Source of the DNA: Felis catus
Taxonomy: Eukaryota
Length of the DNA: 64,000 nt
Assembly: GCF_018350175.1 (NCBI RefSeq)
Contig: NC_058368.1
Location: 107,014,001-107,078,000 of the forward strand
Direction: 5' to 3'
Under the pieces are notes generated by a model. The model made no database searches and was not told where the DNA came from. It was given only the letters and a program-made list of their open reading frames with translations. Below, one piece after another: positions 1 through 12,071 of this stretch. The translations under genes were made by a program, and so were the position numbers. The first letter of the stretch is position 1, and each line of letters starts with the position of its first letter.

Positions 1-280
1 GCAGCTTATGTCAGAAACAGAGACAAATATTTTGTGTCTCTTACTGAAAGCACACAATATCATCTATTGAGTAGTTTTGTTAAAAAACAAACAAAAAACA
101 CAAACAACAACAACAACAAAAAACCAACCCTGAACTTGTATCTGGAAATTCTCTAGGTCCTAATGCCAATTCACAAATTCACAGGACATACAGAAGACAG
201 AGAAGCATGTGAAATGACACTGCAGGAATGGAATCTGCAGAATTCAGATGGTAGCAAACCCCATAGGACAAATGATCCAC

Positions 281-482
281 TTTTTTAAAAAGTTTATTTA
301 TTTATTTTGAGTGAGAGCGAGAGAGCCGGGGAGGAGCAGAGAGAGAGGGAGACAGAACACCACACAGACTCTGTGCTGTCAGCACAGAGCCCGACATGGG
401 CTGGATCTTGTGAACCGTGACATCATGACCTGACCCAAAATCAAGAGTTGGACACTTAACCGACTGAGTCACCCAGATGCCA
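281..482 (-). mobile_element. CanSINE
   Basis: tRNA-derived head, (CT)n, A tail. Confidence 0.85.
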
Positions 483-737
483 CAATCTACTTTTTTTTAA
501 AAAAAACAAATATAATACAAGGAAAATAAGGCAGAACTTATTAAAGAAGCTTGAGAGACATATAAAACAATACTGATAATAAAAAATAGAAGTATAAATT
601 CATAAGACAATTATGCAATTCATAAGACAAATTGTAAAACACATGGAATTGATGTGACTGTTGACAGTTTGAATGATTATTTGATATTTGATAATATTAA
701 GGAATAATTATCGAATTCATATAAGGTGATGACATTT

Positions 738-955
738 AAAAAAAAATTTTTTTTAATGTTTATTTTTGAGACAGAGAGAGACAGAGCATGAACGGGGGAG
801 GGTCAGAGGGAGAGAGAGGGAGACACAATCTGAAACAGGCTCCAGGCTCTGAGCTGTCAGCACAGAGCCCGATGCGGGGCTTGAACTCACGAACCGTGAG
901 ATCATGACCTGAGCCGAAGTCGGACGCTCAACCAACTGAGCCACCCAGGCGCCCC
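738..955 (-). mobile_element. CanSINE
   Basis: Full length; TSD ggtgatgacattt 725-737 / 956-968. Confidence 0.92.
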
Positions 956-1479
956 GGTGATGACATTTTTATAGTTTTCAGTTTTTAGAGCTACATATTA
1001 AAATATTAATGGATAAATGATGTCTGTAGTTTGCTTTAAAAAATTCCAGCAGGAGTTAAGTGGTCAAGGACATACATAAAACAAGACTGGTTATGAGCTA
1101 AGTGTTGAAGCTGGATGATGGGTTCAGGAGGTTCCAGTACATGTACTTTGTATATGCTTGAAATTTTGCATTGCAAAATGTTTTTAAAAGATAGCCAAAG
1201 GGAATTCTCAAAACCAACTAAAATGGTCATAGTGGCCCTCCACCAAGAATTCTAGTAATTCAAAAGGGGATAGTAATAGGAAAACATCAACAACTCCAAT
1301 AGCCCCATAAGAAGATTTTTTATATAAGACACATTCATCAATGAATAGAAATCCGAATTTGCAAGGCACGCTTTTTGAAAATATTACTTTATGTAGTAAA
1401 TGTTACTTACATGGTTTGTATCTAATGTAATACAGAAAGTTCAGAAGTATGGCATTGGGAATGAGTATCACTTTAATTT

Positions 1480-1965
1480 GTGGCTTAGAGCAGAGGATGC
1501 CAGAGTCCTGCCCACACCTCCTTGCCTTTACCACTTCCGTGCTTGCCACTGATCTGTCTTCCAACTGTGAGCTCTTTAACTCTTTGATGAAGGGCTTTTT
1601 CAAACTGTGCAAGGGGCAGGCTAGAAGTACTGGGGAATGTGTCCCCTGGGAGCAGCCCTTGATCAAGACTGACAGAAGTTTGTCTATAAACATACCTGGC
1701 CTCTTTGCTCTTCCTATGGGATGAGTCTGAGGCCCATGGTCTACAATGACTCCAAGGGTTTCCCAAGTGGAATTAAACTCTAGCTTTCTTCAGTGGTAAC
1801 TGACTTCAGCACCTACCTTTTATTGGTTTCTTTCTATTCCTTGAACTCTCCCCTTAACTTCTCCACTCTCCCATCAGTATTCCCCAGGATCACTTTCCAA
1901 ATAAACCACTTGCTCTCAAATTCTTGCATCAGAGTCACTTCTTAAGGAACTCAAACCAATTTACA
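1480..1965 (+). mobile_element. ERVL LTR (LTR16-like)
   Basis: gaagtactggggaat...cccctgggagcagccct and 3' end ccaaataaaccacttgctctcaaattcttgcatcagagtc..cttcttaaggaactcaaac. Confidence 0.65.
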
Positions 1966-2242
1966 TTCAATTTGTAAAAAGCAATTGAATAAGGGTGATT
2001 CTATCATTTTGGGCTGGCGAACCTAGAATTTCAGCTATGTATTCATGATTTTGTTTTTTGTTTTTGTTTTCTGAGGGTGATAAATGTCAGTAAACTGGTA
2101 TAACAATTCTGCTTTTATGTTAATTTTTAAATTTAATGTATGTTCTTAGGACTTTGAATTATCCCATTTATCAAGGAAAATTAGAACAGTAGGTTACAAA
2201 CTTTAGTTTTTAGTTTAAGAAATGCTTAGATGTGGATTCCTG

Positions 2243-2462
2243 GGGGCACCTGGGTGGCTCAGTGGGTTAAGTGTCGGACAGACTTTAGCTTCAGGTCATG
2301 ATCTCACAGTTTGTTAGTTCGAGCCTGCATCGGGCTCTGTGCTGACAGCTCAAAGCCTGAAGGTTGCTTCGGATTCTATGTCTCCCTCTCTGTCTGCCCC
2401 TCCCTTGCTCACATTTTGTCTCTCCCTCTCAAAACTAAATAAATATAAAAAAAGTTTTTTAA
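2243..2462 (+). mobile_element. CanSINE (inside a MER5-like relic)
   Basis: TSD atgtggattcctgg. Confidence 0.9.
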
Positions 2463-3610
2463 AATGTGGATTCCTGGCCCCCACCCTCAGTGATTCTGAT
2501 TCAGAAGAACTCCAGATTCACTATTAATACTTATGCACATTAAAACATTAGAAATATTTACAGAGGAGTCCTGAGGACCTTACTTTGAGAAACACTGACC
2601 TGGATGCCAAAGTTTTCATTACTTTTAGGACCTCATGGCCATTGGGGTTCTATATGCCTATCAGGTTTCATCTGACTCTGATTGGCTATATCATGTCCTG
2701 GAGTCCCAATTCTATGCTGCTAATGCTAAAACTTAAATTTAATTTTAATCTGGTTCATATGGTACTGTGGCTATTTCTGTCCGTTTTCTGCAAAGGTAGA
2801 CGTGGGAAGTGCAGTCTGGAAGAAAAACGTGTGGTGTCGTATGAAGGGTGTGGTAAGCAGAACGGTAGCAAAGGTCTTAAAAATGCAGTGCTCCACCCCT
2901 CACTTATTTCTTGGGTGTGCCTCAGCCATGCTTCCTTTTGAATCTCTTTGTGCCCAGTTGGGAGGTGAAAGCAGAAAGCACTGCTGGGAAATCACTTAGC
3001 TATGAGGCTAACATTTGCTCTTAATCTTCTCTTCAGGCTCTTCTAGTCTTTACTGCCCAGTGAAAAATCAGAGCTAAGGCCACAGGGAGCCAATGAGATA
3101 AAGTATCACCATGTCCCAGGCCTCCCCACACTCTTATTTTACATCTGGAACACTATTCTGAGAGCAATTTCCAAATGATGACCACTTATTTCATTTAGGT
3201 GAGCCGCTTCGCCCTTGTCAATTAGTTCACGCAGTTTTATTTGGATTTTACATTTTGTCTATTCCTGGAGCTCCAACTGGCTTCAAAGGGCATATAACTG
3301 CACCTTCAACTTTATTGCTATGGCAATGGTATCTTCCTCTTTCCTCATTACATTGTATGACTCTTAACCTCTAAAAGTCACTTACTGAGACATGTTCTTT
3401 TTGGCACAGTAACACAAAATGGTTGGAGCTTTAGAATGATGCATCGTCCTAGAGTTGGTTTTTGTAGAAATGAAAAGTATATACTCCCAAATGTGTTAAA
3501 GTTACTAATTGCTACTTGATACAAATTAGAATTCTAAATGTCTGAGTGATTTAAATTCTTTTTGTCTCGAAAGATTCATTTCTGACATTCCCTTCCGACA
3601 GCAACACATA

Positions 3611-3658
3611 CAAAAACAAAACAAAACAAAACAAAACAAAACAAGACAAGACAAGACA
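3611..3658 (+). repeat. (AAAAC)n/(AAGAC)n pentanucleotide repeat
   Basis: Direct reading. Confidence 0.9.
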
Positions 3659-3901
3659 TCAAGGTACCAGATTCCAGAATGCAATAGGGGTGAATCTGAA
3701 CACATGGAGGCAATTGTATACTTAAAAACATGTCACAGCTTTAAAAATACAAATTCAATGATGGTCACTCTCTTGTCATCCCAAACCATTAGACCGGTGT
3801 TCCATCAGGAGGAAGGCATTCTAACTCTTAATTTTTCCTCCTAAAAAATTGTCATGCTATTTCTAGTAGAAGAAAAAGGCAAATGAAGGTATTTCCTTAG
3901 A

Positions 3902-4113
3902 CCATTGGTTTCACATGTTTGGTTTTTGAAAGCTCTTTACAGTCTTAAAAATCAATGAGGATCCCAAGTATTTTTAGTGTGAGAAATTAGAAATTAGAAA
4001 AAAATGACATAATGTCTCATACAGAAATAACAAACCTACTATATTTTAAATGAAAAAACATTTTATGAATGTATGTATATGTTCCAAAACAAACAAAAAA
4101 AGTTGGAGAGTGG
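3902..4113 (+). mobile_element. hAT-Charlie1-like fragment
   Basis: ctttacagtcttaaaaatcaatgaggatcccaa motif. Confidence 0.5.
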
Positions 4114-4422
4114 CAGAAAATAAAAGTTCTGTCCTCCCACTGCTAATATTTTATTGCAATCCATGATTTTCAAGACAATTGAAAGATGTGTCATTATTAG
4201 CTCACTATGAATTTAAATAAAAGTCCACTACTGGAGGCAGCAGTCGTCAAATGAACTAAAACTATACCTGCCTTACTCTCTCAAAATGCAATGACAATGG
4301 GTTGAGAGATGTGATATTTAACCTTTCTCGCATCTTAGTAAAATATCCTGAAATTGCTGCATGACAGAAACGTCCCCCTAATTTCTCTTCTTATGTTTAT
4401 TCTGTAATGGTAGTATGGCTAT

Positions 4423-4424
<2 letters not shown>

Positions 4425-4456
<32 letters not shown>
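4425..4456 (+). repeat. (AC)n microsatellite
   Basis: Direct reading. Confidence 0.95.
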
Positions 4457-4458
<2 letters not shown>

Positions 4459-5241
4459 GCATGCACATGTATGCATCATATTTATGTAACCATATGCAAA
4501 GTATTTGTATATTGATACTTAAGAAAGCACAATAAATCCTGTGAATGTTCTGAAATCCATTTGTCTTTGTTAATCAGAAAATGAGCTTTGGGACTTAATA
4601 GTCAGAAATGGCTATGCTGGGTAAAATAAAAAGTATTTTATTTAAGATTCACATCACCTGTTTTTACTGTACAGAATGTGGCAACTAAAAATTTTTCTTT
4701 ACATATGTGGATCATATTATATTTATTTTCAACAGCAGTCATCTGTAGGAGAGGAAAAGATAGTAATTTACAGGGTTTTAAAAAGTTAAAGAAACAGGAA
4801 GGAAGGTAGCATGTGCATTTTAATTTTTGATAGATTAAAGTATTGAATTGGAGCTTATTAATATTTTGGAGAGTACTGAAAGGAGGAAAAATAAAAAAAA
4901 AACTTTTTTAGAATAAATTCAGATTGGTGATTAGGAGCTCTCTGAAGATTTTACAGCTCACTGCCTAATCATAGATTACTAGTACTTAAAAAGAAAAAAA
5001 GTCCTCATCATAAATAGTGCCTCTTTATTTGTTAAAGCATGATTGGGTGTTTTACTTATGTCTAAGAGACCGTGTTGGAGCCCAGGGATGATGGAAGAAG
5101 TAGAAGTTTTAATTCTGATAGGGTCACCTCTTGTCTCTTCCATAAGTGACAGCAGGAGTCTTATTTCTTCTCAAAGTACATAGATGATTTTGAAGAAAGA
5201 ACCATCTTCATACTCAGATAAATCTATAGAAAATAAAAGTC

Positions 5242-5440
5242 AGGGTGCCTGAGTGGCTCAGTCAGTTAAACATCCAACTTCAGCTCAGGTCATGATCTCA
5301 TGGTTTGTGAGTTCGAGCTGCATGTCGGGGGCTCTGTACAACAGCTCAGAGACTGGAGCCTACTTCACATTCTGTGCCTCCCTCTCTGCTGCTCCCCGCT
5401 CATGCTCTGTCTCCCTGTCTCTCAAAAATAAATAAATATT
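5242..5440 (+). mobile_element. CanSINE
   Basis: gggtgcctgagtggctcagtcagttaa...aaataaataaa. Confidence 0.88.
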
Positions 5441-7119
5441 TTTTATAAGTCTGTGTGTTGATTTTAAACAAAATATTTTCTTTAAGGGTTTTATTACAGG
5501 AAATTCCAAGTCTACCCAAAAGTAATAACCCAGTCCAGTTATCAATCCCTGGTCAGCCAAGCTCCACCCACATCGCCATCCACTTAGCACCTCCCTCAGT
5601 CCTGTGTTATTTGAATTCCAGTCTGCATGCTAGCTCATCTACAAAAATGTCAGTATGTAATTCTGAAAAAATAAGAACTTTATTTTGGAAACATAGCCAC
5701 AATACAATTATCATATCTAAACAAGGAGTTAATAATTCCTTAGCATGATCAAATAGCCAGTCAGTGTAAAAAACCAAAACCCTACGTTTTCAAGTTGATT
5801 AACTAAATGTTAATTAGAATTAGGCTCTGAAACTTACCTAGGTTCATCATGTGCTCTAAACAATTACCTTTTCCTATTTCAGTATATGAACTTCTATCAC
5901 TCCCTCATGTGCCGATTTCTGAGGAAACAAACATATAATTAGTCATCTTGTTATGTGTGTATGCTTAATTCTCTGTTTATTGAGATTCCTCTAGCTATTG
6001 ATTGGCAATGTCAAAAATACCATATAACACAATCTACCCCTTAGAAACAAACAGAATTACATTATGATTATTAGCCACTAGATGCCACAGTTGTTTCACA
6101 CAAATGAAATCAGCTCAGCCTTGGTCTGTCAAGAAAAAATGATAACATTCTAAATATCAGAGTAAAATACTAAATTGAAGTGTCAGAACTAGCCTAAACT
6201 GGCTTGCACCTAGTAGCAGACCCGTACATTGAACCATATATTTAAATATTTACCTTTAATTCTTGTACCTGAGCGAACTATGATAGCCACCCTTTTAAAT
6301 GCATCTGTGCCTTTGTCTATGATTTTGAAGTTCTTGCTAATTCTTTCCAATCAATTCAAACATGGAATGGAGTACCTTCCAAGAAGCCTGCTGAATGGCT
6401 CTCTGTAAGTGTGTCAGATTTTATTTTGGGTTGGTTAAAGTTGCTAAGGATTGAGAGAAGACAGGGAATCAGTTTTGCATTTTTTTTTTCTGGAAAACAT
6501 CATACTTTTTAGAAGCTTTTGTTGTTATTACTTTCCTCAAAATCTGCTGAGCTGCTTCATCAAGATTAATCAAGTGGTTCACTAGTGTACCTACTGAAAC
6601 ATTCTTGTTTAGGTAAGAACAACAATCTTACCATTTTTGGTCAGCAATATTAGAATTATATACACTTCTGCAAGCTTTCTTTCAATGTAGTATTCAGATC
6701 TGGCTATATTTTAGTATACATTTAGTATTTTTATTCAATGATAAAAAGTTTCCATACAAATTTGTCACTTACCACCCCTCTTATTCAAATACAGGTTTTG
6801 TTGTTGTTGTTGTTGTTAACTTTTCCCTAGAATGTTTTACCCTATTCTTTGTTTTAATAAAAAAAACGTAGCCCTTGGTAGAAATTTTCCAGAAAAGCAT
6901 CTACCTGAAAACTCATGTATCTCAAAATTAAAGTTAAGTATGGGAAAATTACTTCACTGACCTTGGGAAATACCAAATAAATAGCCTGAGGAATCTCAAC
7001 ATATACGAAATTACACTCTTAGGAAAAGCTTTCTCAAAACTTCTACTTAATAAAAATCGGGAAAAGGTGTAGACACTGTGTGGGATGTCATGGAGGTCAC
7101 ATCAGTAATGCTTTAAATG

Positions 7120-8090
7120 CTTTCCCTGATTCTACCCTTGTCCTTCCCTAACTTTTTCTTCTCACAGGAGCTAGAGTGGTCCTTGTAAAACATAAGTAAA
7201 TAAAAAACATACTACCGTTCTACTCAACACCTTCGTTATCAATCAGAATGAAAGACCAAGCCTTTACAAATGTCTGTAAGCCTCAAAATATTCACAGTCT
7301 AATGTGATAGACACTAGTTAGATGTGTCTTTTGAACATGTGAAATGTAGCTAGTTTGAATTTAGATGTGCTATTAAGATGTGAAATACACAATGGATTTA
7401 GAAAACTTAGGACTGATTAAAAGAATGTAACTTTTCTCCGTAATAATTTTATATTATTATTTATATATAAGTTGCAGTAATAATATTTTGGATACAGTGA
7501 GTTGAGTAAAATATGTTATTTAAATTAATTTCACCACTTTTTAAAAAACTGTATCCACAAGAAAAAAGTTAAATTACAGGACTGACATTTATGGCTCACA
7601 TTCTGATTTTGTTGAATGGCACTAGCCTAAATGACCACCAGGTTACCAGCTCCCTCCCAGTTCCAACTCACATCAGCTTCTTTGCTATTCCTCAATATAA
7701 CCATGTATATCTCAAGCCTTTGTGTTGGCTGTTCTCTCCTCCTGGAAAGTCTTGCCACAGATATCCTTATGGTTAGTTTCCTCACTTTTTTCTGTTCTGT
7801 GCTAAAATTATCAGAAAGAACTTCTCTGACCAATCAATTTAAGATGGCCTCACAGAACACTTGTACCTACCCACTTTTTTAAAAAACCTGTATCACCTAG
7901 CATATTATATGTGTTTGTGTGCATGCTTGCATGGTGTGTGTGTGTGTGTGTGTGTAATAATTCCTTAGTAGAATAACCCCCATGAAGTCAGGGACTGTGT
8001 TTTGTTTATTCCTGTTCCTCTGGAATAGTACCTGGATTTTGGTAGATACTAAATAAATATGTGTTAAATAAATGAAAGGATAAATATCAC
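7120..8090 (+). mobile_element. L2 3' fragment interrupted by MER33
   Basis: ccatgaagtcagggactgtgttttgtttatt...tagatactaaataaatatgtgttaaataaatgaa L2 3' end. Confidence 0.65.
7295..7626 (+). mobile_element. MER33-like hAT element
   Basis: agatgtgctattaagatgtgaaatacac...taatattttggata...aattaatttcacc...atggctcacatt. Confidence 0.65.
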
Positions 8091-8789
8091 TAAAAATAAG
8101 CAAAGAGATATCTGAGGCATTTTATCATGAAGGTTTGGAAAATGAGAAGAATTAACATTTCCTGGGTGCCTACAATGAACTAGATACTGGGCTAAACACT
8201 TATATATAATGTCTTAATCCTCACAGAAATGTATTTGCAGATTAGATATCTAAAGTTCAGACAATTTAAATAATTTTCCAAGGTCATTTAGCCAGTATGG
8301 AACATCATTTCAATACTTTTTATTTCAATGTCTCCAAGTAGCTCCCCTGACTCCCAGAATAAATCAGATGCTCTTGTAAATAATTTCTAAGTACTTCCCC
8401 TTCATATAATTTGTCACCACTGTATTCATTTTGTAGTTTGGCGCTTAATGTCTGTCTTCTCGCTGAATTATAAACTTCATGAGAGGTGGCAGTGAATATC
8501 TTGTTGATATTTCCACCCTAATACTTAATCTCTAGTACATATTTATTGAATACATGAATGAATAAAATTAACTTTATCTTACAATATTATAACAGTCGAT
8601 GAGTGGGTTATTTGTGGCCAATGAGAATTAATGATTTTGTAGATCTTCTAAAAGAATGGCACTCATTAGAATGAAACCCTGCTGGATATTTCAGGGGAAA
8701 GTAGGCTGGTGTATAGGTGTTCTTCACACTTGACCGTACCTTATGATCACGTCTTATGGTCCACACCTTATGGATTTCCTCTGGAAATG

Positions 8790-9180
8790 TACTGTCCAAC
8801 ATGGTAGACATATAGGGCTATTTAAATAAAACTTAATTAGGGGCACATGGGTGGTTCAGGGCATTTGGACATCAGCTCAGTTCATGATCTCACGGTTTGT
8901 GCGTTTGAGCCCCATGTGGGCTCTGTTTTGACAGCTCAGAGCCTGGAGGCTCTTTCAGATTCTCTGTCTCCCTCTCTCTCTGCCCCTTCCCCACTCACAT
9001 TCTATTCCTCTCTCTCTCAAAAGTAAACAAACATTTTAAAAAATTAAAAAATCATTAGATTCATTTCCTAAACTATATTAGCCACATTTCAAGTGCTCAA
9101 CAGTCATACATGGCTAGTGGCTGCCTTAGGACAGAACAGATAAATAAAATTTCCATTATAGGGAGAGTTCTAATGAACTA
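8790..9180. mobile_element. MER3-like hAT element interrupted by a SINE
   Basis: ctgtccaacatggtag...tagccacatttcaagtgctcaacagtcatacatggctagtggct. Confidence 0.65.
8840..9040 (+). mobile_element. CanSINE
   Basis: Head, (CT)n and A tail. Confidence 0.85.
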
Positions 9181-10942
9181 TTCTAGGAAGTTAAAAAATT
9201 CTTAGGAGGATGTATTTTTAAATCAGAAAGGGATTGTTCGATTAGTTTTGTATTCTAACTAAAATTAAATTTTGAAAAAGAGCTTAATAATCTGTATTCT
9301 CAAGTGTTTCTGGGCAAGACACAGACATGGAAAAGGAGCTTCATTGTCTAGTGGATGAAACATTTAGTCAGACGAGCTCATGCACAGCCAGTGACTGGTG
9401 TGGAAAGAACCACTCCTCTGAGGGCTCTGGCCAGGCCTACTGTTCCAGGGAAGCCGCCAGCACCTGGCGGGATTGAGTCCTATGTCTAATGCTATTCAAT
9501 ACCATCCCTTTGCATTTGATGTACAAAACAGAAGACTGAAATTTGAAGAGGAAAGGGTTTGGAATGCCAAAACGCACCTCAAACTATTAGACTCACAGCT
9601 TCTGGAGAGTTTTTAAATGTCCCCTTCCTCAAAATGTTACATATCTTCGGGCAATTTCTTCATCATGTAACTTTCAATAATCTTGGCCAATATAATCGAA
9701 CTTCCTTTGAGATTCTGTCGCTGAATGTCTTTCTTGCTAATTGGACAAATAAGACATTTCCTGTCATGCCTAAGAAAATAAAAAAGTTTATAGGCAAGAA
9801 TAAAAATTACATTTCCTATTTTATTTTCTGATTAAGTTTACTTATTGAGGGCGGGTAACAAGAATTTTCTTAAATTGAATCTTCTGGGTATTGGCTCTAG
9901 AATTTGTTCACATTTCTCCATCATTGGCCTCTCCCAGTGAATAAGTCTTTTACCAAGACTGAAAATAGTTCATGGTTCTCACTTCTAGACAAGAGGCCAG
10001 TAGGAGAACTGAGGCGGAGACCAGGAACCAGCCCCACACTTCCCAACTCAACAGGTGGGGAACATGGGATTTTTATGTTCTTTGGGGACTGGGTCCCCAC
10101 TCACCGTTATCTGTCAGTGTCTGCCTCTGAGATTTTCTTAGGAGAGACACCTAGGGACAGCGGTGCTCTGCATAGACTGGAGAGGAGTGGTGAAGGAGGC
10201 AGGCGAAACTGGAAAGTTAGGAAGGTTGGGAGGTGAGGTCCTAGGTCCCCAGAGCCCGGACCTAGGATGGGACAGATGGTTCCCCCAGCAGTGCGCGGGA
10301 CACCGAGCGGAGAGCAGAGACACGGAGGAGCAGCAGCAGGGGAGACGCGAAAAGCACCGCAAACGCCAAGAGGGGAGCGCGCACGGACCTGGGCGGGGCA
10401 GAGTGGGGAAGGGTCACGCCGGGACGTCACCCGCTGTGGGCCGGGGGAGGCGAGCGGGGCGGGAGCTGCGGGCGCCTGCCGGGGGCTCTGAGACCCGAGC
10501 TCCGCCGATGAGGTCAGTGGAGCCGACGCGCCGGGAGGAGGGCAGTGGAGCCCCCGGACGCGGGAGTTGCGAGGCCGGCGGAGGGGCGGGACGGGACGGG
10601 AAATGGGACGGAGAGCTAGGGCCGTGGGAGGAGGAACGAGGGGGCGTCGGCGCTGGAAGCCGGAGGCGGCCCGACCGGGATCGTTTCCTTCCGGAGAGGA
10701 GGCCGGCTCTGGACAGAGGCGGGGACGGGGGGCGTCCAAGGGCGGGTGACGGGGAAATAGCGCGGCTCTCGCTTCTCCCGGGCTGGCAGCGGTGCTGCTT
10801 GTGGCTCCTCCTCGGGGCCAGTCCGGAGCCCGGCGGCGGGGGGGAGCGGGAGGCGGAGAGCGAGGGCGGGGGCTCGGGAAGGAGGGAGGAGGGAGGGACC
10901 AGGCGCGCCAGTGACAGGGTGGCAGCCTAGGAGCGGACGCGT

Positions 10943-11013
10943 TGCCGCCGCCGCCGCTCCACCTCCTCCTCCAGCAGCTCCTCTCGCTGCTGCCGCCGCC
11001 ACTGCCGCCGCCG
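10943..11013 (+). repeat. Interrupted GCC/CCT trinucleotide tract upstream of the CHSY3 start codon
   Basis: gccgccgccgccgctccacctcctcctccagcagctcctctcgctgctgccgccgccactgccgccgccg. Confidence 0.7.
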
Positions 11014-11263
11014 GGAGAAGTTTCACTCCCGACCCTCGTTTGGAGCCCGGACCTAGAGCCGAGCAGGGAGCGCGGCCGGCAGCGGCAACCCGCAGTGGGC
11101 CAGGCGCCCGGAGCGCTCCGACCGTGAGCCGGCGTCGGCGCCTTGGCGGCGGGCAGCGGCCCGGGCTGGGGGCTCTGAGGCGGAGGAGGGGCGGGTGTGA
11201 GCCGCGGGACCCGCGCGCAGCGCCGCAGCCACTCAGCTAGCGTCCGCGCCGGGGGCAGTCGCG

Positions 11264-12071
11264 ATGGCCGTGCGCTCCCGCCGCCCGTGGATGAGCGTGG
11301 CACTGGGGCTGGTGCTGGGCTTCACCGCCGCGTCCTGGCTCATCGCCCCCAGAGTGGCCGAGCTGAGCGAGAGGAAGAGACGCGGCTCCAGCCTCTGCTC
11401 CTACTACGGCCGCTCGGCCGCTGGCCCCGGCGCTGGCGCGCAGCGGCCGCTCCCCCAACCTCAGCCCCGGCCGCGGCTGGAGCAGTCGCCGCCCCCCGCG
11501 CGCCAGGAGCTTCAGGGGCCGCCGCTGCCAGAGGCAGCGCCTGGAGCAACCAGTTTTCGGAGCAGCCCCTGGCAACAGCCACCTCCGCTGCAGCAGCGGC
11601 GGCGAGGACGCGAGCCCGAAGGCGCAACGGGGCTGCCAGGAGCCCCCGGGGCCGAAGGGGAACCCGAGGAGGAGGACGGGGGCGCGGCTGGGCAGCGGAG
11701 AAGCGGCCGGCCGGGGAGTAGCCACAACGGCAGCGGGGACGGGGGCGCTGCCGCCCCGAGCTCCCGACCCCGGGATTTCCTGTATGTGGGAGTGATGACC
11801 GCGCAGAAGTACCTGGGCAGCCGCGCGCTAGCGGCGCAGCGGACCTGGGCGCGCTTCATCCCCGGCCGCGTGGAGTTTTTTTCCAGTGAGCAGCCCCCCA
11901 ACGCTGGAATGAGCCAGCCCCCGCCACCCCTGCCTGTCATCGCGCTACCGGGGGTGGACGACTCCTACCCTCCCCAGAAAAAGTCCTTCATGATGATCAA
12001 GTACATGCACGACCACTACCTGGACAAGTATGAGTGGTTTATGCGCGCCGACGACGATGTCTACATCAAAG
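11264..12071 (+). CDS. CHSY3: Chondroitin sulfate synthase 3, coding exon 1 (cytoplasmic tail, TM anchor, Pro/Gly-rich stem, start of the Fringe-like GT31 domain with DDD motif)
   Basis: ORF from gcgATGG: MAVRSRRPWMSVALGLVLGFTAASWLIAP...FLYVGVMTAQKYL...DDSYPPQKKSF...WFMRADDDVYIK, recognised as CHSY3. Ends AAAG|gtgacc (donor GT 12072-12073), 808 nt, phase 1. Confidence 0.96.

Larger units (their letters stand above)
130..1190 (+). mobile_element. Old L1M-type 3' fragment interrupted by two SINEs
   Basis: Degenerate motifs (atatttgataatattaaggaa; tgttgaagctggatgatgggttca...tttgtatatgcttgaaatttt). Confidence 0.55.

Noticed and set aside
738..955. tRNA-like A/B boxes in SINE heads
   Set aside because: tRNA-derived SINE heads followed by (CT)n and A tail; not tRNA genes
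10107..11303. 398-aa minus-strand ORF and other long ORFs across the CpG island (10163-10930, 11197-11721, 11237-11725)
   Set aside because: Low-complexity Pro/Arg/Ala/Gly products expected from stop-codon scarcity in very GC-rich DNA; no recognisable domain; several start at non-ATG codons
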